A stretch of DNA of 64,000 nucleotides from Octopus sinensis (lineage: Eukaryota), in assembly GCF_006345805.1 (NCBI RefSeq), contig NC_043011.1:45830464-45894463 (forward strand), in the 5' to 3' direction. The notes under the pieces were generated by a model. It ran no database searches and had not been told where the DNA came from. It was given only the letters and a program-made list of their open reading frames with translations. Shown one piece after another: positions 33,621 through 48,021 of this stretch. The position numbers and the translations under genes were made by a program. Positions within the stretch are counted from its first letter, which is position 1. Each line of letters opens with the position of its first letter.

Positions 33621-34790
33621 AAAAAAAAAGAAAAAGATTATATCTCATTACCAAATATTTCTAAATAGGACAAGCTCTTCCTATTTCAGCCATCCATCCT
33701 ACGTTGTACAATACCTACCATAGAAAATGTTCTTCTTTTACCAGTGAATATATAATCTTGCATATAGGATACTAATAGAATAGAAACTGTCAATGGTGAG
33801 AACAGATGCTCAGTAAAGTTGTGTTTGTTAATACGTCACCTGACATGAAATGTCTGGTGGAGACAAAAGTTAGTTGCTATTTTATTCTATGTCAACTAAT
33901 TAACAACTTAATCCAATATATTTATTATACAAATATATAACATTAAAGTAATGAGCAGAAACAGTAAAGAAATAAAACAAAACTCAATCATGTACTATTA
34001 GAATTTCTGTTTATTTATATATATAATACGCACACAGACACAAACACGTGTGTATATGCATGTGTGTGTTTATATATGTGCTCCACACAATACACTCTAC
34101 ATGCAGTCGATAAAGAAAGAATGGAAGACTCTACAGGATTGTGAAAACAAGCAAAGAGTAGCAGGCCTTCACACAGAATTTTATTCTCTTTAGTAAATAA
34201 TGTTTCAGGGCCAAGTTCCAAGGTTAACACTGAGGTCAAGGCAAACAGTCAAATAATGAAAATGCAATGACACACTCCTTAGTAGCTTCTAGATAAACAC
34301 TGATGTTGATTCACATAAGGACATTTTTTTTTTTTCTTTTATATTAATCGAGGCACTGAACTGCATAGCTTGTTCAGAAAAATAAGTCACGTCTCTAAAA
34401 ATGAAACGATCTTCTATGTTGAAAACATATCTCCATACCACTTGAATGTAAATGTCTATATATTTCACAATCAGCAAAAATATAGAGTTTATAACATAAC
34501 AGTATCTTTGTCTTCACTATCGCTTCTTTCTTTCTTTCTCTTCATCTCTAGTTCTTGGATGCTCCTCAGACATATAAGTTTATGGATCTTTATTCTATAG
34601 AATATTACTATCATTTTGTCTGTCTACATTTGTATCAATAAATAATACATGTACACGCATATACATATGTATTTATAAATTTTATATATATATATATATA
34701 TTTATAAATTTTTAATATATATGTGTGTATTTATAAATATATTTATACTTTTAAATACATATATATAAGCGAAATATATACACTTATATA

Positions 34791-34837
<47 letters not shown>

Positions 34838-37800
34838 CTATTACTCATATATAGATTTTATTTTCTTAAAATAGACAGATCATCATCCCAGAATTTATTT
34901 CTCATCAGTGTATCTTTATTAGTATAAAGTTCAATATTAAATCATTCTTTTGTCATTATCTTTAGTAAATAAACACATTAAAATGAGTTATGACATTTAC
35001 AAAATATGGTGATTTTTATTTAGTGAAAAATGTAAATAGATATAGTAAGGATAATAATTTAGGTGGGAGACTAAAAACACTTTAGTTTTTTTTTTTTATC
35101 CTCACTTTCTTAACAAGTTGAATCCATTTATTCAAAGTTGAGCTTTTCACTGAAGAAGTCCATTTTTGCTTTCCACTGATAAAGTTTTTCTTTTTTTTTA
35201 TATGTATATATATATAACATGACTGTTGGTCATATTACTGGTCATATTGTGTAAATTGTGTAAATTGAATCATTAGTCAGAGAAAGGCCAAGAAATACAG
35301 AGACAGGTGGGTTGTGGGTGGGCAGAGTGGAGAGATAGAAGGAAATAGAGAGAGACTGACGTAATACTTTAGTTGAATATATTCATATATTGAATAACTT
35401 AAAAAAATATTGTAAGTGTGCAAATGTTTGCTACACACTGTTAAACAGACAAACTTATCTATTCTGTTGCCACCACAATGGTTTTTAATGGAGGTACTCA
35501 GCCAATTTTTGTGGGGAGAGTCAATACCATTGACACTGGCACTTTATTTTACAGATCCCCACTAGAAGGATAAAAAGCAAATCTGACCTTGGTGAGATTT
35601 GAACTCAGAATATAAAGAGCCACAAGACATTTCTTTCCAGTGTTCTAATGGTTCTGCCAATCCACTGCCCTCTCTCACTGACCACCTTAATGCATTTACA
35701 CAAAGTTTTGACCAGTAGGCATATTAAAAATACTTTATAATTCTGCTCCTCACACACATTCTGAAAGAAAAGATGGTATTAAATTATTCGAGTGAAAACC
35801 TCAAGTTTGAGTGAAAAGTTTTAACCTAAAATTCTGTCAGTTCCAAAACATGGATTTCACACAATGTTTCTTTCATGTAAATAATATCATCCTGTAGTTT
35901 TAAGAAGGGCGGTGTGCTAATTAGGAAGTAGAATGAATTGAAGTAGGGCTGATGTTTATCAATTGCCAATGATAATTCATTGAACAACGAATCATGTTGA
36001 TACATTAGAATAATGAATTTTGTTGGTTAAATCTAAAATTTTAAAGTTATTTCATTAATATTTTCTACCTAACAACAACCATTTTGTCAGCATAAACCAG
36101 ATATGATCTTCTGAAAAGATGGTAAAGCAACCATTTATGCCACTGTATAGTGGTAGTAGCAATGATATACTGTGCTGTATGTAGTCTTTTGTATATTTAG
36201 AGTGTCTGGTTTTAGACCAATAATTAATTGCTACTATCTATAATTTCTGAAAATCATTTTTATTTTAGTGTTTACCCAGTAACAACTCTAAGAAAGATGA
36301 AAGTATCACAACCTGTTGAGTTTTCTGTAAAACATGACATGTTGTATCTAATGAAAAGAAACCAATGCCAAAAATTCTATGAAGTATCTTAAAGTATTTG
36401 TAATATATACACACCATATTCAAAATTATGATTATCAAAATAATTTACAAATTATGTTTGGTGTTGGTCAGTTAGATTTAATAGATTTTAGAAAATAATT
36501 CCAGTTAAAATAGATTAGTATTATTAAATGTTAGATTTTTTGAATCAGGATATATGTTTAATCACTATTAGCAAAGTAAAAATAAAAATGCTTTTCTGAT
36601 CAACCATCATATGTCAGTATTAGTGTGTGTGTGTGTGGTGTGTGTGTGTGTGTGTGTGAATTAACAATTCTGTAGCAGATATCTTGAAGACCACTTCAAA
36701 TATTTTATTTGCTGACTAATTTTCTCTCCTTTATATATACAAATATATATAATGTTTTCCCAAATAAAACTGTGCTTCATACTTTTGAAGCTTCAATGAA
36801 GTTATAGGGTGAAACTCAAGCATTCAACTATGAGTGCACAGCAGAAACAACTGTAAGCTAATGAAGTTCATAATATAATTGTATATTCCTTTGACATTCT
36901 AGTTTGTAAATATATAGACATTCTATTTATGATGAGAGAGCCTAATTCATATACACCAGCGTGGAATATGTCATTTGAATAGTGTAGAGGTATCTGAAAT
37001 TTTGATCATTAAAGAATTTAAAGCTATAAGGATATTGTAGAAAAGAAACATTTTTGAAATACATGCCAGTGGAAACTATTATGCTACTTTTGTTAAAAAT
37101 TTTAGTTATTACACCTTCGATATTATTAAAAATCATTTCTAGAAAGCTTGACATATATCTAAAACATTCCGTTCAGGAAAGTCTACTCGCAGTGTTTGAT
37201 AAATATTGGTACTAGGAGTGAAAACCCTGTGTAAACCTTTGAAAACAGATAATGAGCCCTTAAATAAAGTCATGGCCCTTAGTGTTTAATTATATATTAT
37301 TATTTTAATTTTGACTGTAGTGTTAGATGTTACATTTTTAAAGAAATTGATTAAAAATTATCAAATAACACACATCATGCAAAAAAGATTAGGAGAAATG
37401 TGAAGAATTCATGAGTTTGCCAATGATGCAAAAATATTACATTACAATAGACATAGAAATGGTGATATGGCACTTAATGTCTGAGATAAACAGATATTAG
37501 TCTAGGTTGAATAAAAATAGATTTTCTTGAAGCACTCTTGGTTAGTCTCATATACACAAACAAAACGTTGGTTCAGAGAGTCACACATGTCTTGAATATT
37601 GGACATTTTTAAATAAAGCAAAAGAAATTCATAAATTATTTATTTTCCTTGAACAGCATAAGTTATTTTTGTGAAAGGGAAGTTCGATAAATTACAATTC
37701 TCCTATTTCAGCTTCTCTATTTTACTGATAAAGTTTGTTTTCAGCAGACATAGTTACATTATAGCCATCTTGCCTAAATTTAGATTTTTAAGTTATAGAC

Positions 37801-39443
37801 AATCTTGAGAAATGTTTTATTCTTTCTGAAATAATGGTTGCTTAGTATTTTGTAGACATTGATTCCTTCTAATAAAAGCTTATACACATGGAGAGATAAT
37901 ATTTTCACATGCTAAAGTCATTACCACTCATTTTGAAATCTTAAAAATATTTACTGCCATAGAATTTTCTAAAGTTTGACCTTTATTCATTGCAATAGAT
38001 TGCTAAGACATTAAGTGGTAATAGTTAAGCAATAGATTAATATTTGAGGCAACATATTTTACAAAAATGCTGCATTCCAGTGCAAGCACATCTTAATAAC
38101 TGTGTTTGCTTATCTTTATCAAAGCCTAAAGATGGTAACATTTATCATTTTGTTAACGATTTATAGTCTTAATTTCTTCATAACTCTGTAACATAATGAC
38201 TATATAATTTTAAATGAAAATGATTTAACTACAATATATGTATTTTGTACGTTATTAAGAAGGCTAATGATATATTTATAATAATATAGTACAAGAGTTA
38301 TGTTGTCGGTGTTTTCATTTACGTTTTGTCAATATGAATATATATAATATATATATATATGTAACCAGGGTTTGTTTAATGTCTTATAAATGGCTATTTT
38401 GATACTGTCCAACTCTGTATAAGTTATTGAAACATTGTTTAATGTTGTTTCAAACAACAGCAGCAGTATTTATAAACAAGAAACTATCAAATCAAAAAGA
38501 GGGAAGCTTTCCATAGATTTAGAAATTCCAATCAGTTATTACAAAACAGTAACCTGTGTCAACTAATAAGCAGGGAAATCAAACAATAAGTGAGTGAATC
38601 TGTTAACACACTTTAAAGCTTGCTAATTGGTCAGCCAAGATATTTTTCGTTGTTGTATTTGAGTCAAATGATCTGCCATGTTCAATGTAAGAAGGAAGAA
38701 AAAAAAATCCTTTTCAACTCACATATTTTTACCTCATTAAAAAAAACCAAAACCAAAAAAAAACAAACAACAAAACTGAGTTAATATTAAATTAATTAAA
38801 TTAGTGAAATCTCTGAACCATGGATTTAAAAAAATATTAGTAACTCAAATTAAGTCTAAATGTTGTGACAACTCAGACGTAATCCGTTTGTCTTGAGACA
38901 GTAAGCCATTTTGAGAAAATGTTCTTTAAAATATATTTGGAAATAGAAACTAATAATGCATGCATTATACAACTAATTTTATCCTGTTTTTAATATTTCA
39001 GAGATTTAAGGGAAATAGAATAAATATTAATAATACTCTTACAGAATTTTGATTTTTTTTTTTCAAATAGTTTGTTGCAGTAGTAATGTTTTATATAAGT
39101 AAGCTGTTTTAAGTTTTAAAAAACATTGTAATTTTTCAGAAGATTGTAATAAATCCATGAGACTTCATATAAAGCATTTCTGATATAAAAGAAGTTTGGA
39201 TGATAAAAAAAAAAAGATTCAAAAACATGAGCAGCCAAAATAAACAATAACAAAGAATTAAAGTATTGAATAGCATTCAGAAGACGGAGTAGGGTGGGTG
39301 TGTATGATCTTTGATGTCCTCCATATAAGTCTTTTTGTTGTCACTATAGACTATCTCGCCTAAGAATTTGTTAAAATGTCTTCATTTGTTTTGCATTCAA
39401 AGATTTACAGCACAGTGCAATTTTATATATACATATATATATA

Positions 39444-39474
<31 letters not shown>

Positions 39475-39652
39475 TCGTTTTCAGGAAAATTACATGATGA
39501 ATCTATGTGTCAATACTAACTTTTATGACTGAGTTTCCTGTGTGTGCCTATATATATATAAATATATATATATATTATATATATTATATGTATGTATATA
39601 TATTTATATATATTAATATGTATGTATATATATATATATATATATTAATATG

Positions 39653-39688
<36 letters not shown>

Positions 39689-40380
39689 TATGTATGTATA
39701 TATATATATATATTAATATGTATGTAATATAATTAGATACAGCATAAACATATATGAAATATATGTATATATTTAATGTGTTTATATATACTATAATATA
39801 TATATTTGTGTATGTAAATATACACACACATATACACCCACACACTATATTCTTCTTTAGTAAGTAATAGTTTCTTTTAGAGGACAAAATAAATATTGCA
39901 AAAATTAAAGAGAATGAATGTTATTTTTCTTTCATATTTTTTTCTTTTTTTTTTTTTTCATTTTGTTGTGGTCACTTCGTGAAATGGAAATTAGAATTGA
40001 GTTATTTTGCTGTGATATACAGTAGTGATGTATATATAGGATTTCATGAAACTTTTTTTTTTTTTTTGCCAGCTCATGTCGTTTTATTTCTTTCTGAAGT
40101 CTTCCATCTCTCTTTCTCTTTGTTTGTCTTCTTTTTTTTTTCTTTTGCATATATTTTATGCTTTCTTTGCATAAATCTTTGATATTCCACCACTTCAATC
40201 TGTAGGAAGATATTTCCCTGTTTCATTATTATAATGTTCTGTGCATATTGTTCCCCAAAAATATTTTGAGAACATTTAATTAAATGTATTTACATGTCTG
40301 AATAATTTAAAAGAAAAGACTGCAACATGAGATTTTCATTATTGGTGTTTGGTTTTATGTACATTTTATGCTGGAATTTG

Positions 40381-40428
40381 TCAAAGAACTGTATCAAATA
40401 TGGCCATGCCTTTGGTGATGTTTTCATC
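40381..40428 (-). CDS. KCNIP: KChIP/KCNIP-like terminal coding exon (DENITKGMAIFDTVL*)
   Basis: ctttctttaacag|GAT GAA AAC ATC...GTT CTT TGA. This resembles the KChIP4 C-terminal H10 helix DENIMRSMQLFENVI*, with the same 48-nt length. Confidence 0.9.
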   Translation of the reverse strand, partial: DENITKGMAIFDTVL

Positions 40429-41380
40429 CTGTTAAAGAAAGAGAAATTAAAATTTTTGTTATTGCTTAATTTTGTTATTTCTTTGGCACAAGTTTTGATA
40501 AATTAATATTTCTTTAATGACATTTCAAATATTACAAACAATCAGTTACAAATTGAATTAAAATTGTTTTATAGCCACATCTTTGTAAATTAATATTCTT
40601 TTAATGAACTGTGTAAATGTTAGATAAAAGATCAATAAAATTGGCTTTATAGTTTGCTGATTTGTGTTAAATTTATTATTTTTGGATTAGGATTAGTAAA
40701 GTTTCAGTAATATAACTTTAAAATTAGTTGAAAGTATACTTGAGTGTGTAGATTGACACTCGGGCATAATGAGCCAATAAACATGATGGTTGTTTAAGGG
40801 TTAAGTAAAGGTTTGTCTAATAATTTGCATGAAATGGGAGGTGCAACATCAGATTCAAAACATTTTCTTGCTCAGAAAGGTTGATGTTAAAATTTTAAGT
40901 GGCTCCTTATTTTGCACAACATTAAGATTTTAACATCAGTGGCAGGAAATTTGGAAAATAAAAGGCTGATTTCTTATTCAGCATGTATTAATCCTTCATA
41001 ATCACAACAGAAACTGTGATAAAACCATTATAAAAAAAGGTGTTCCATTCCATTAAATATACTTTACTTTTTATTACAAGCAGTTAGGAGTGATCAGCAT
41101 TAATTGTAATCCAGCTGATATACGATCAGAGACACTCCAGTTGTGACCATCCTTCGCTTGTAATTCTTGTAGAAATGTATGTTAAGTAAAAAGCATTAGC
41201 TTAACATTCCCAGAGGGAAATTCAGGCAACTGCAATTACTTCATGTTATAGGAGGGGACGGGTTAAAGAAGAGGGGTGAATACTTAAGATATTTTTAACT
41301 TCTGTTCTTTGTGGTTAAGATTCTATGTTATGGAGGTTATTACTTGTTTCATAGAAAAATTTGTAAAACAATAAACAAGG

Positions 41381-41388
41381 TGTCTAAA

Positions 41389-41452
<64 letters not shown>

Positions 41453-41917
41453 TATATATATATATATATGATATTTATATATATATAATATTTATATATA
41501 TATATATATGATATTTATATATATATGATATTTATATATATATAATATTTATATATAAAATATTTATATATATAATATATATGATATATATATATAATAT
41601 ATATATATGATATATATATATATATATATATATGATATATAATATATATATGATATATATAATATATATATGATATATATATATAATATATATATACAAT
41701 ATATATATAATAATATATATATATATACGATATATATATATATATATATATATATGATATATATATATATAATATTTATATATATGATATATATATATAA
41801 TATTTATACATATAATATATATATAATATATGAATATATAATATATGAATATATAATGTATATATATTATATAGATATATATAATATATAGATATATAAT
41901 ATATATATATATATATT
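41381..41917. repeat. (CT)n-(TA)n compound microsatellite, about 540 bp, in the last KCNIP intron
   Basis: Direct reading. Similar TA/TG arrays lie at 403-690, 34660-34833, 39420-39830 and 59455-59565. Confidence 0.95.
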
Positions 41918-44633
41918 CTTCAAAAGCATGTAAGTAATGGGAAGACATGGGAAAGTAATCTAGGATATAGAAGATTTTGTCAGCACTCGATATATATTTT
42001 CTGGGCAAAGAAAATTAAGTGCAAACAAATTGTATTAAGATTAAGCACACATACAAATAACAAAGAGAAAATAATGTTGGTATTGATTCAGCCCAAGCTG
42101 TGTTGATGTGAAAATGATTTGAAGAAACACTCTGCATCAATTCTGTATATTCTTAGCATAAGTCTTGTGCAAAATAACATTTTAAAATATTATATTTGTT
42201 TATAATTTAGTTTAACTTGATTAAATTTCCTTTTATCCGAGGAAAAAATGTATTATATATGAACAGGGTAAGATGGTATTTTGAATTATCTTCTCATTTG
42301 ATGCCAATTTGCTATAAGTATTCTATTTTCCAGCAATCAATACTACAAAATTAGGTATTATTCAAATGTTTCAGTCATTTGCTGTGATAAATAATTCTAG
42401 ATCAGATAAATTCTGAATAAATTTTTCCAGTAAAACATGGTAGCATAGACCATGCTTTATAGGTCTTGATGACCCACTCTATTCCTATAAATGATTTATT
42501 AGAAGCAGATTCTCTGAGATGGGTTGTCTTCTTAAGAAAATGCTAAACCATGAAAACTCAGTCTTGAATTTAATTTCACTTGTGAAAATTTGTGATGTAA
42601 AATATCAAAACTGTTTTTTGTTAAAAAACTACATCAGTATAAAAGATATAGTTAATCAAGTTAGCTGATCAAAATACATTTGCTCTCATTAGTTCACCAT
42701 TAATCTTTACTCCATCTCTCTCCCTCCAGCATTCTTGCAGCATTTGCCAACACACTGTTCCTGATCTTTTGCCCTTATGCTCCCTTCAGTTCACCTTGAG
42801 GGCTCACTGTGATGCCTTATCATCACCCTGATTAATTCTGCCAACCCATACATAATGTGACATAGACACATAGGCGTAGGAGTGGCTGTGTGGTAAGTTG
42901 CTTGCTTACCAACCACATGGTTCCGGGTTCAGTCCCACTGCGTGGCACCTTCTACTATAGCCTCGGGCCGACCAAAGCCTTGTGAGTGGATTTGGTAGAC
43001 AGAAACTGAAAGAAGCCTGTTGTATATATGTATATATATGTGTGTGTATATGCTTGTGTGTCTGTGTTTGTCCCCCAACATCGCTTGACAACCGATGCTG
43101 GTGTGTTTACGTCTCTGTAACTTAGCAGTTTGGCAAAAGAGACCGATAGAATAAGTACTAGGCTTACAAAGAGTAAGTCCTGGGGTCGATTTGCTTGACT
43201 GAAAGTGGTGCTCCAGCACGGCCACAGTCAAATGACTGAAACAAATAAAAGAGTAAAGAGAGACATATATCTCCTCTACTGCAAGAAACCTGTTTTTGTC
43301 CCCTCCAATCATACCTTAGTATTTCAATGCATAGCATAAAACCACCCACTTTCTTTCTTCTGTAGATCTACTCAGTTGAAGAGGCCTTTTTAGTTTTGTG
43401 AGTTACTTGGTAACCTCATTAGTGCTGGTGCCACACAAAAACCACCAAATACACTCTGTAAAGTGGTTGACATAAAGATGGGCATCCAGGCATAGAAACC
43501 ATGTCAAAGCAAACAAAGCTTCTCATCACAGTTGGATCCTGTTGATCCACCTAACCTATCCTAGCATGAAGGTCAGACATTAAACGATGATGATCTTAAA
43601 ACAAGATGAATTTATTGCTACAAAGTTATACTATTTTCTTTAGAATGTTTTATTTCTTTTTTTCTTTTTTTTTGGTGAATTTAGAATTTAAAATCATTCA
43701 AAGAGGTTTTATTACTATAGAGTGGAAGGATAAAGTGTTCTGAAATTAAAAGATGGCTGGGATAAATAATCTAATGGGAAAACTAATTTCTGGTGGTGCT
43801 GTTTGAAGTACCATTTATTTTGTTGAAGTCAGATCATAATTTCAGTATCAAGAACTGCAAGAGACTGAACTACAACTGGGTCCTGGCAAGAAAACAAAAG
43901 AAGAAAAAGAAAAAAAAAACAATAATATATTTAGAATTGAAACAAAGAAAAATCAAAGAAAATAACCCCCAACCCAAAGATGTGTGTGTGTGTGTGTGTA
44001 ATTTTATAGAAGATGAATTTCACTAATATAATTCTGAGTGTTACCATTATATCTACATGAGGAGAATCACTGTCCTCTTGGAGGCTTTGCTCCTAGTGTA
44101 TGTTGCATATGTGTGTATGTATGTATGTATGTGTGTGTGTGTGTGTGTATAAAATATAGTATTCTTTTTTATATTAAGTTTACATCAGTTAATGTCCCCA
44201 TTCCTGATTTAAGATGGTAGGATGCAATTTGAGTGAAATTTGGTTGCTATGTTTAGCAAGTCAATCTGCTATGCAAAAACCTTGCATTATTGTCTCAAAG
44301 TAAACTTATTGTTCAGCTCAGTTTAGCTTTGAGCAAATAGATCTCTGATGAAAGGCATTCCAATTGAGCAAACAGCTTTTCATTTTTGCGATGATATTTT
44401 GGATAGTGTTGTTCTTGATGCATTTAGTTGTTTTTTTCAGTAGGTCAAGACCCCATGTAGAAGTGTTATCACCTTACAGAATGGTGTGGTTGGTGAATAT
44501 TGTTTGGCAACAATAAACAGCCAGAGGACTCCCGTCTGTCAAAACAAATTTCTCTTAAACTGTTTAGGTTTTTGCTTCAGAAACATGGTTGGTATAAGAA
44601 TCAGTGTGACTATTTAGTAAGTGTGTTCAAGTA

Positions 44634-45040
44634 TACGAGAGGGTGTTGAAAAGTTCCTGGTTTTGGATTAAATATTGTTTTATTCAACATGTTCTCCTCT
44701 CAGATTTACACACTTATTGCAGCAGTCCTTCAGTTTTTCTAAACCCTGTAAAAGAACTTGAAAGGTTAGACATGGTTGGAGGCCCAATTGTAATACCCTT
44801 GACCCTTTAGCAATCAGATTACTCTGTCAAATGTAATGTTTATTTATCCAAACTATTTTCAACTAATCATTATTTTGTAGCTTTGAGATTTTGATGATGT
44901 GATTGTTTATTTTTTTGAATGACATTGTAAGGCTGGTGTGAAAGGCTGGATCTGGCCATGTTTGAACACGAAACAGGGAGAATATTTTGACCTGATATGG
45001 TCAAGGGTTAAAGCCAGGAACTTTTCAGCACCCCTTTGTA
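44634..45040. mobile_element. Mariner-type MITE with a nested piggyBac-type MITE (44799-45011)
   Basis: The TIRs are TA|CGAGAGGGTGTTGAAAAGTTCCTGG and CCAGGAACTTTTCAGCACCCCTTTG|TA. The nested element runs TTGACCCTTTAGCA...CAAGGGTTAA. Confidence 0.7.
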
Positions 45041-45078
45041 TATATGTATGGATCAAGTGTAGTGTGCAAGAGAGAAGT

Positions 45079-45360
45079 AGTGGCACAATGGCCCAGTGGT
45101 TAGGGCAGCGGACTCGCAGTTGGAGGATTGCTGTTTCAATTCCCAGACCAGGCATTGTGTGTGCTTATTGAGCAAAAACACCTAAAGCTCCATGAAGCTC
45201 CGCCTGGCGGGGGGGGGGCCCTGTTATACTCTTTCGCCACAACTTTCTCTCACTCTTTCTTCCTGTTTCTTGAGTAAAACTGCGATGGACTGGCGTTCCG
45301 TCCGGCTGGGGGGAACACATACGCCACAGAATCTGGGAAACCTAGGCTTGAAAAGGACGA
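45079..45360 (+). mobile_element. tRNA-derived SINE with a V-domain-like segment
   Basis: The head is TGGCCCAGTGGTTAGGGC. The segment CTGCGATGGACTGGCGTTCCGTCC resembles the conserved V-SINE domain as I recall it. Confidence 0.55.
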
Positions 45361-45510
45361 AAAGGGAGGCAAGAGAGAAGGCTGCATTTGTTACTAAGCC
45401 AAATGTTAGTAACAAAAAGATGAAATTGGTATATAAATTGAAATATAAGAGAATGAAGTTGACATTTGAAAGTTGTTTTTGAGTAGAAAAATCTTATGTT
45501 TGTTACTTAC

Positions 45511-45573
45511 TGTCCGACATGTATCCATAAATTCTTCGAGTGATATAACACCATCTTTATTTAGATCCATTTT
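45511..45573 (-). CDS. KCNIP: KChIP/KCNIP-like coding exon (63 nt; KMDLNKDGVISLEEFMDTCRT, EF-4)
   Basis: tttgttttaaag|AAA ATG GAT...CGG ACA|gtaagt. It lies within ORF 45406..45630 and contains the EF loop DLNKDGVISLEE. Confidence 0.93.
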
Positions 45574-45809
45574 CTTTAAAACAAACACAAAAAGAAAGAA
45601 ATAAGAATCACATAAAAAAAAAATAATCAAAGGTAAATATCATCATCATGTTTGAAGTATTGATTATCATAACAGACTTTGGTCCTAACATTAAAAAGGG
45701 ACAAATAAAGGGGACATAAGAGAGACTTGGAATAACTTTTATGGTTTTCAAGTTATAATTTCTAGAGGGAAAATATCATATTCTCATATCTTATTTTCTC
45801 ACTTTGATC

Positions 45810-46600
45810 CCTCAGAGTGATTTAGAACACATCAAGAATAGGGTCTTTTTCTGCAATAAGTTTGTAATCAACAATCTGTGTAGTAAAGGGGTTGGAAAGT
45901 GCAAAGGCTCATCAGATAGACCTTTCAGCCAATTCAAAAACCAGTGTGCATTCACAAATTTGCCATTTCATCAAAGAAATCATGGTGCTTCAGCTAAATG
46001 GAATTATTTTGCTACATCACATGGAAGAGGTGAGAATGATGGAATGGTAGTGATGTGAAAAATACTGTCTGGCGGAAAACCTTGCAGATGAAGGAACCTG
46101 TTACAAATCTGGACGAATTCATTGCTATTTCAAAAAAATAAGCTTCTGTCATTTGTTATTGCTAATTGTCCATAAGAACAAATTAGAGCCAATACAGATT
46201 CTCTGAAGGAAAGAATGGCAACAATTCAAAATAATTATGAAGAACAAAACACTTTCGCCCCATTGAAACAACTCAAAATGGTATAATCAGATCAGAATAT
46301 GGTAAATTCTATTTGGTAAAATACACATCTGACTGTGAAAAGGTTGGTACGAAAACCAAAAGCCAACAAAATCAGCTGAAATCACAGTTTGAGTTTGTAT
46401 GCTTTCTCAATTTCATTTTTACAAATGTAGCATTTGTTTTCGATATTAACCAGTGTCTGAAGATTAACATTTTTAGAGAACTTTGCTTTTTTGTACTGAA
46501 TGTATTTCAAAGCAAACTTTTGCAAGTTACATCCAGGACACAATTTGTTTGTCAATACACACAAAAAAAAAATCCAAAACAAACAACAAAAAACCATTTT
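45810..46600 (+). mobile_element. Degenerate DDE-type DNA-transposon transposase relic (possibly Sola-like; superfamily uncertain)
   Basis: ORF 45804..46058 contains SSDRPFSQFKN...AKWNYFATSHGRGENDG, resembling the SDG...QFKN...W.FFATSHGKG..DG motif. Stops follow. Confidence 0.55.
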
Positions 46601-48021
46601 AACCGCTGATCAATAAAATGCTGTTGTGTATTGTAACCCACCTCTCTCTCTTCTATTCACATGTGCATTTCCAACATAGATGCTGGAAATGCATCTATAT
46701 AGGTATTTCCCTTATGGAGAAATAGATATGGAGAAAAAATGGTATTTCCTCTACCACATGTTATGCCTGGAACTTATGGAATAAAACATCTTGGTTCATG
46801 CTGTAAAGTGGTTGGTGATAGGAATGTTATCCAATAGTAGATATCATGCCATAAAATGGAAGGCATGAATGGAGGACATGTAGGCTGCATAGCTTCATTT
46901 ATTCGCAGGGCAGGGGACTCAGCTGGAAGAACAACTCTAAAAAGAAAACCTAGCCCATGCCATCTGGTTCTGAGTTCAAATTCTGCTGAGGTCGACTTTG
47001 CCTTTCATCCTTTTGGGGTCGATAAATTAAGTACCAGTTATGCACTAGGGTCGATATAATCGACTTCACCCCTTTGTCTCATTGTTTGTCCCCTCTATGT
47101 TTAGCCCCTTGTGGGCAATAAAGAAATAAGTCACTCTGTCTATGCTATGAAGTGGTGGGTGATGGAAATGACATTTAGTCATTAAAAATAAAAAAACATG
47201 GCATACACAAGTGGCTAGTTTTCTATATTTGCCAAAAGTTGATTGTAGTGGGCTTTGAATTCAAAATGTAAAATATGTAGCTACATTCTTAGGGGTAGTA
47301 CATTGTATTCAGCTTTACATATGATTGTGTGAACATCAGTTAACAAGTGCAAATGTATTATCAATGCTGCAGAGACGTGGTTCCTCAGATGAATACTAAA
47401 AGTGTCTTTTTAGGTACAGACAGTGACCAGCATCAAATTTCTTAGATAGTATAGACCACCAGAAAGCTTCTTAACAACATTAGAAACAACAGGCTAAGTT
47501 AATTTGATATCATATACAAAGACAAAACCTGGAGCACATAGAGACACCCATGAGACTGGAAGAAAGCAAGAAGACAGAGAGAAAAAAAAAGATACTTGAT
47601 GGCCAGCCTTACCACCTGTGTCTTTACTACCCACGAGGGGCTAAACACAGAGGGGACAAACAAGGACAGACAAATGGATTAAGTTGATTATATTGACCCC
47701 AGTGCGTAACTGGTATTTAATTTATCGACCCCGAAAGGATGAAAGGCAAAGTCGACCTCGGCGGAATTTGAACTCAGAACATAACGGCAGACGAAATACG
47801 GCTGCGCATTTCGTCCGGCGTGCTACCGATTCTGCCAGCTCGCCACCTTCAGGAAGACCAAACCAATAATGTTGAATGTGAGAGAGGAAATGGTTGAGTT
47901 CCTCTATAACTATTGCCTGTGAGTACAGAACCAGAAAGAATTTTTTTTTTTGCTTTTTTTTTTGTGTTACATATTTGTTTACTTTCTTACTGCTGCAAAT
48001 AACTCATAAATGGATACTTAC

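Noticed and set aside
44345-44375. CTGATGA motifs here and at about 19734, 34902, 45918, 61445 and 62052
   Set aside because: None is followed by a stem II plus GAAA and a stem I/III arrangement. They are expected by chance in AT-rich DNA.
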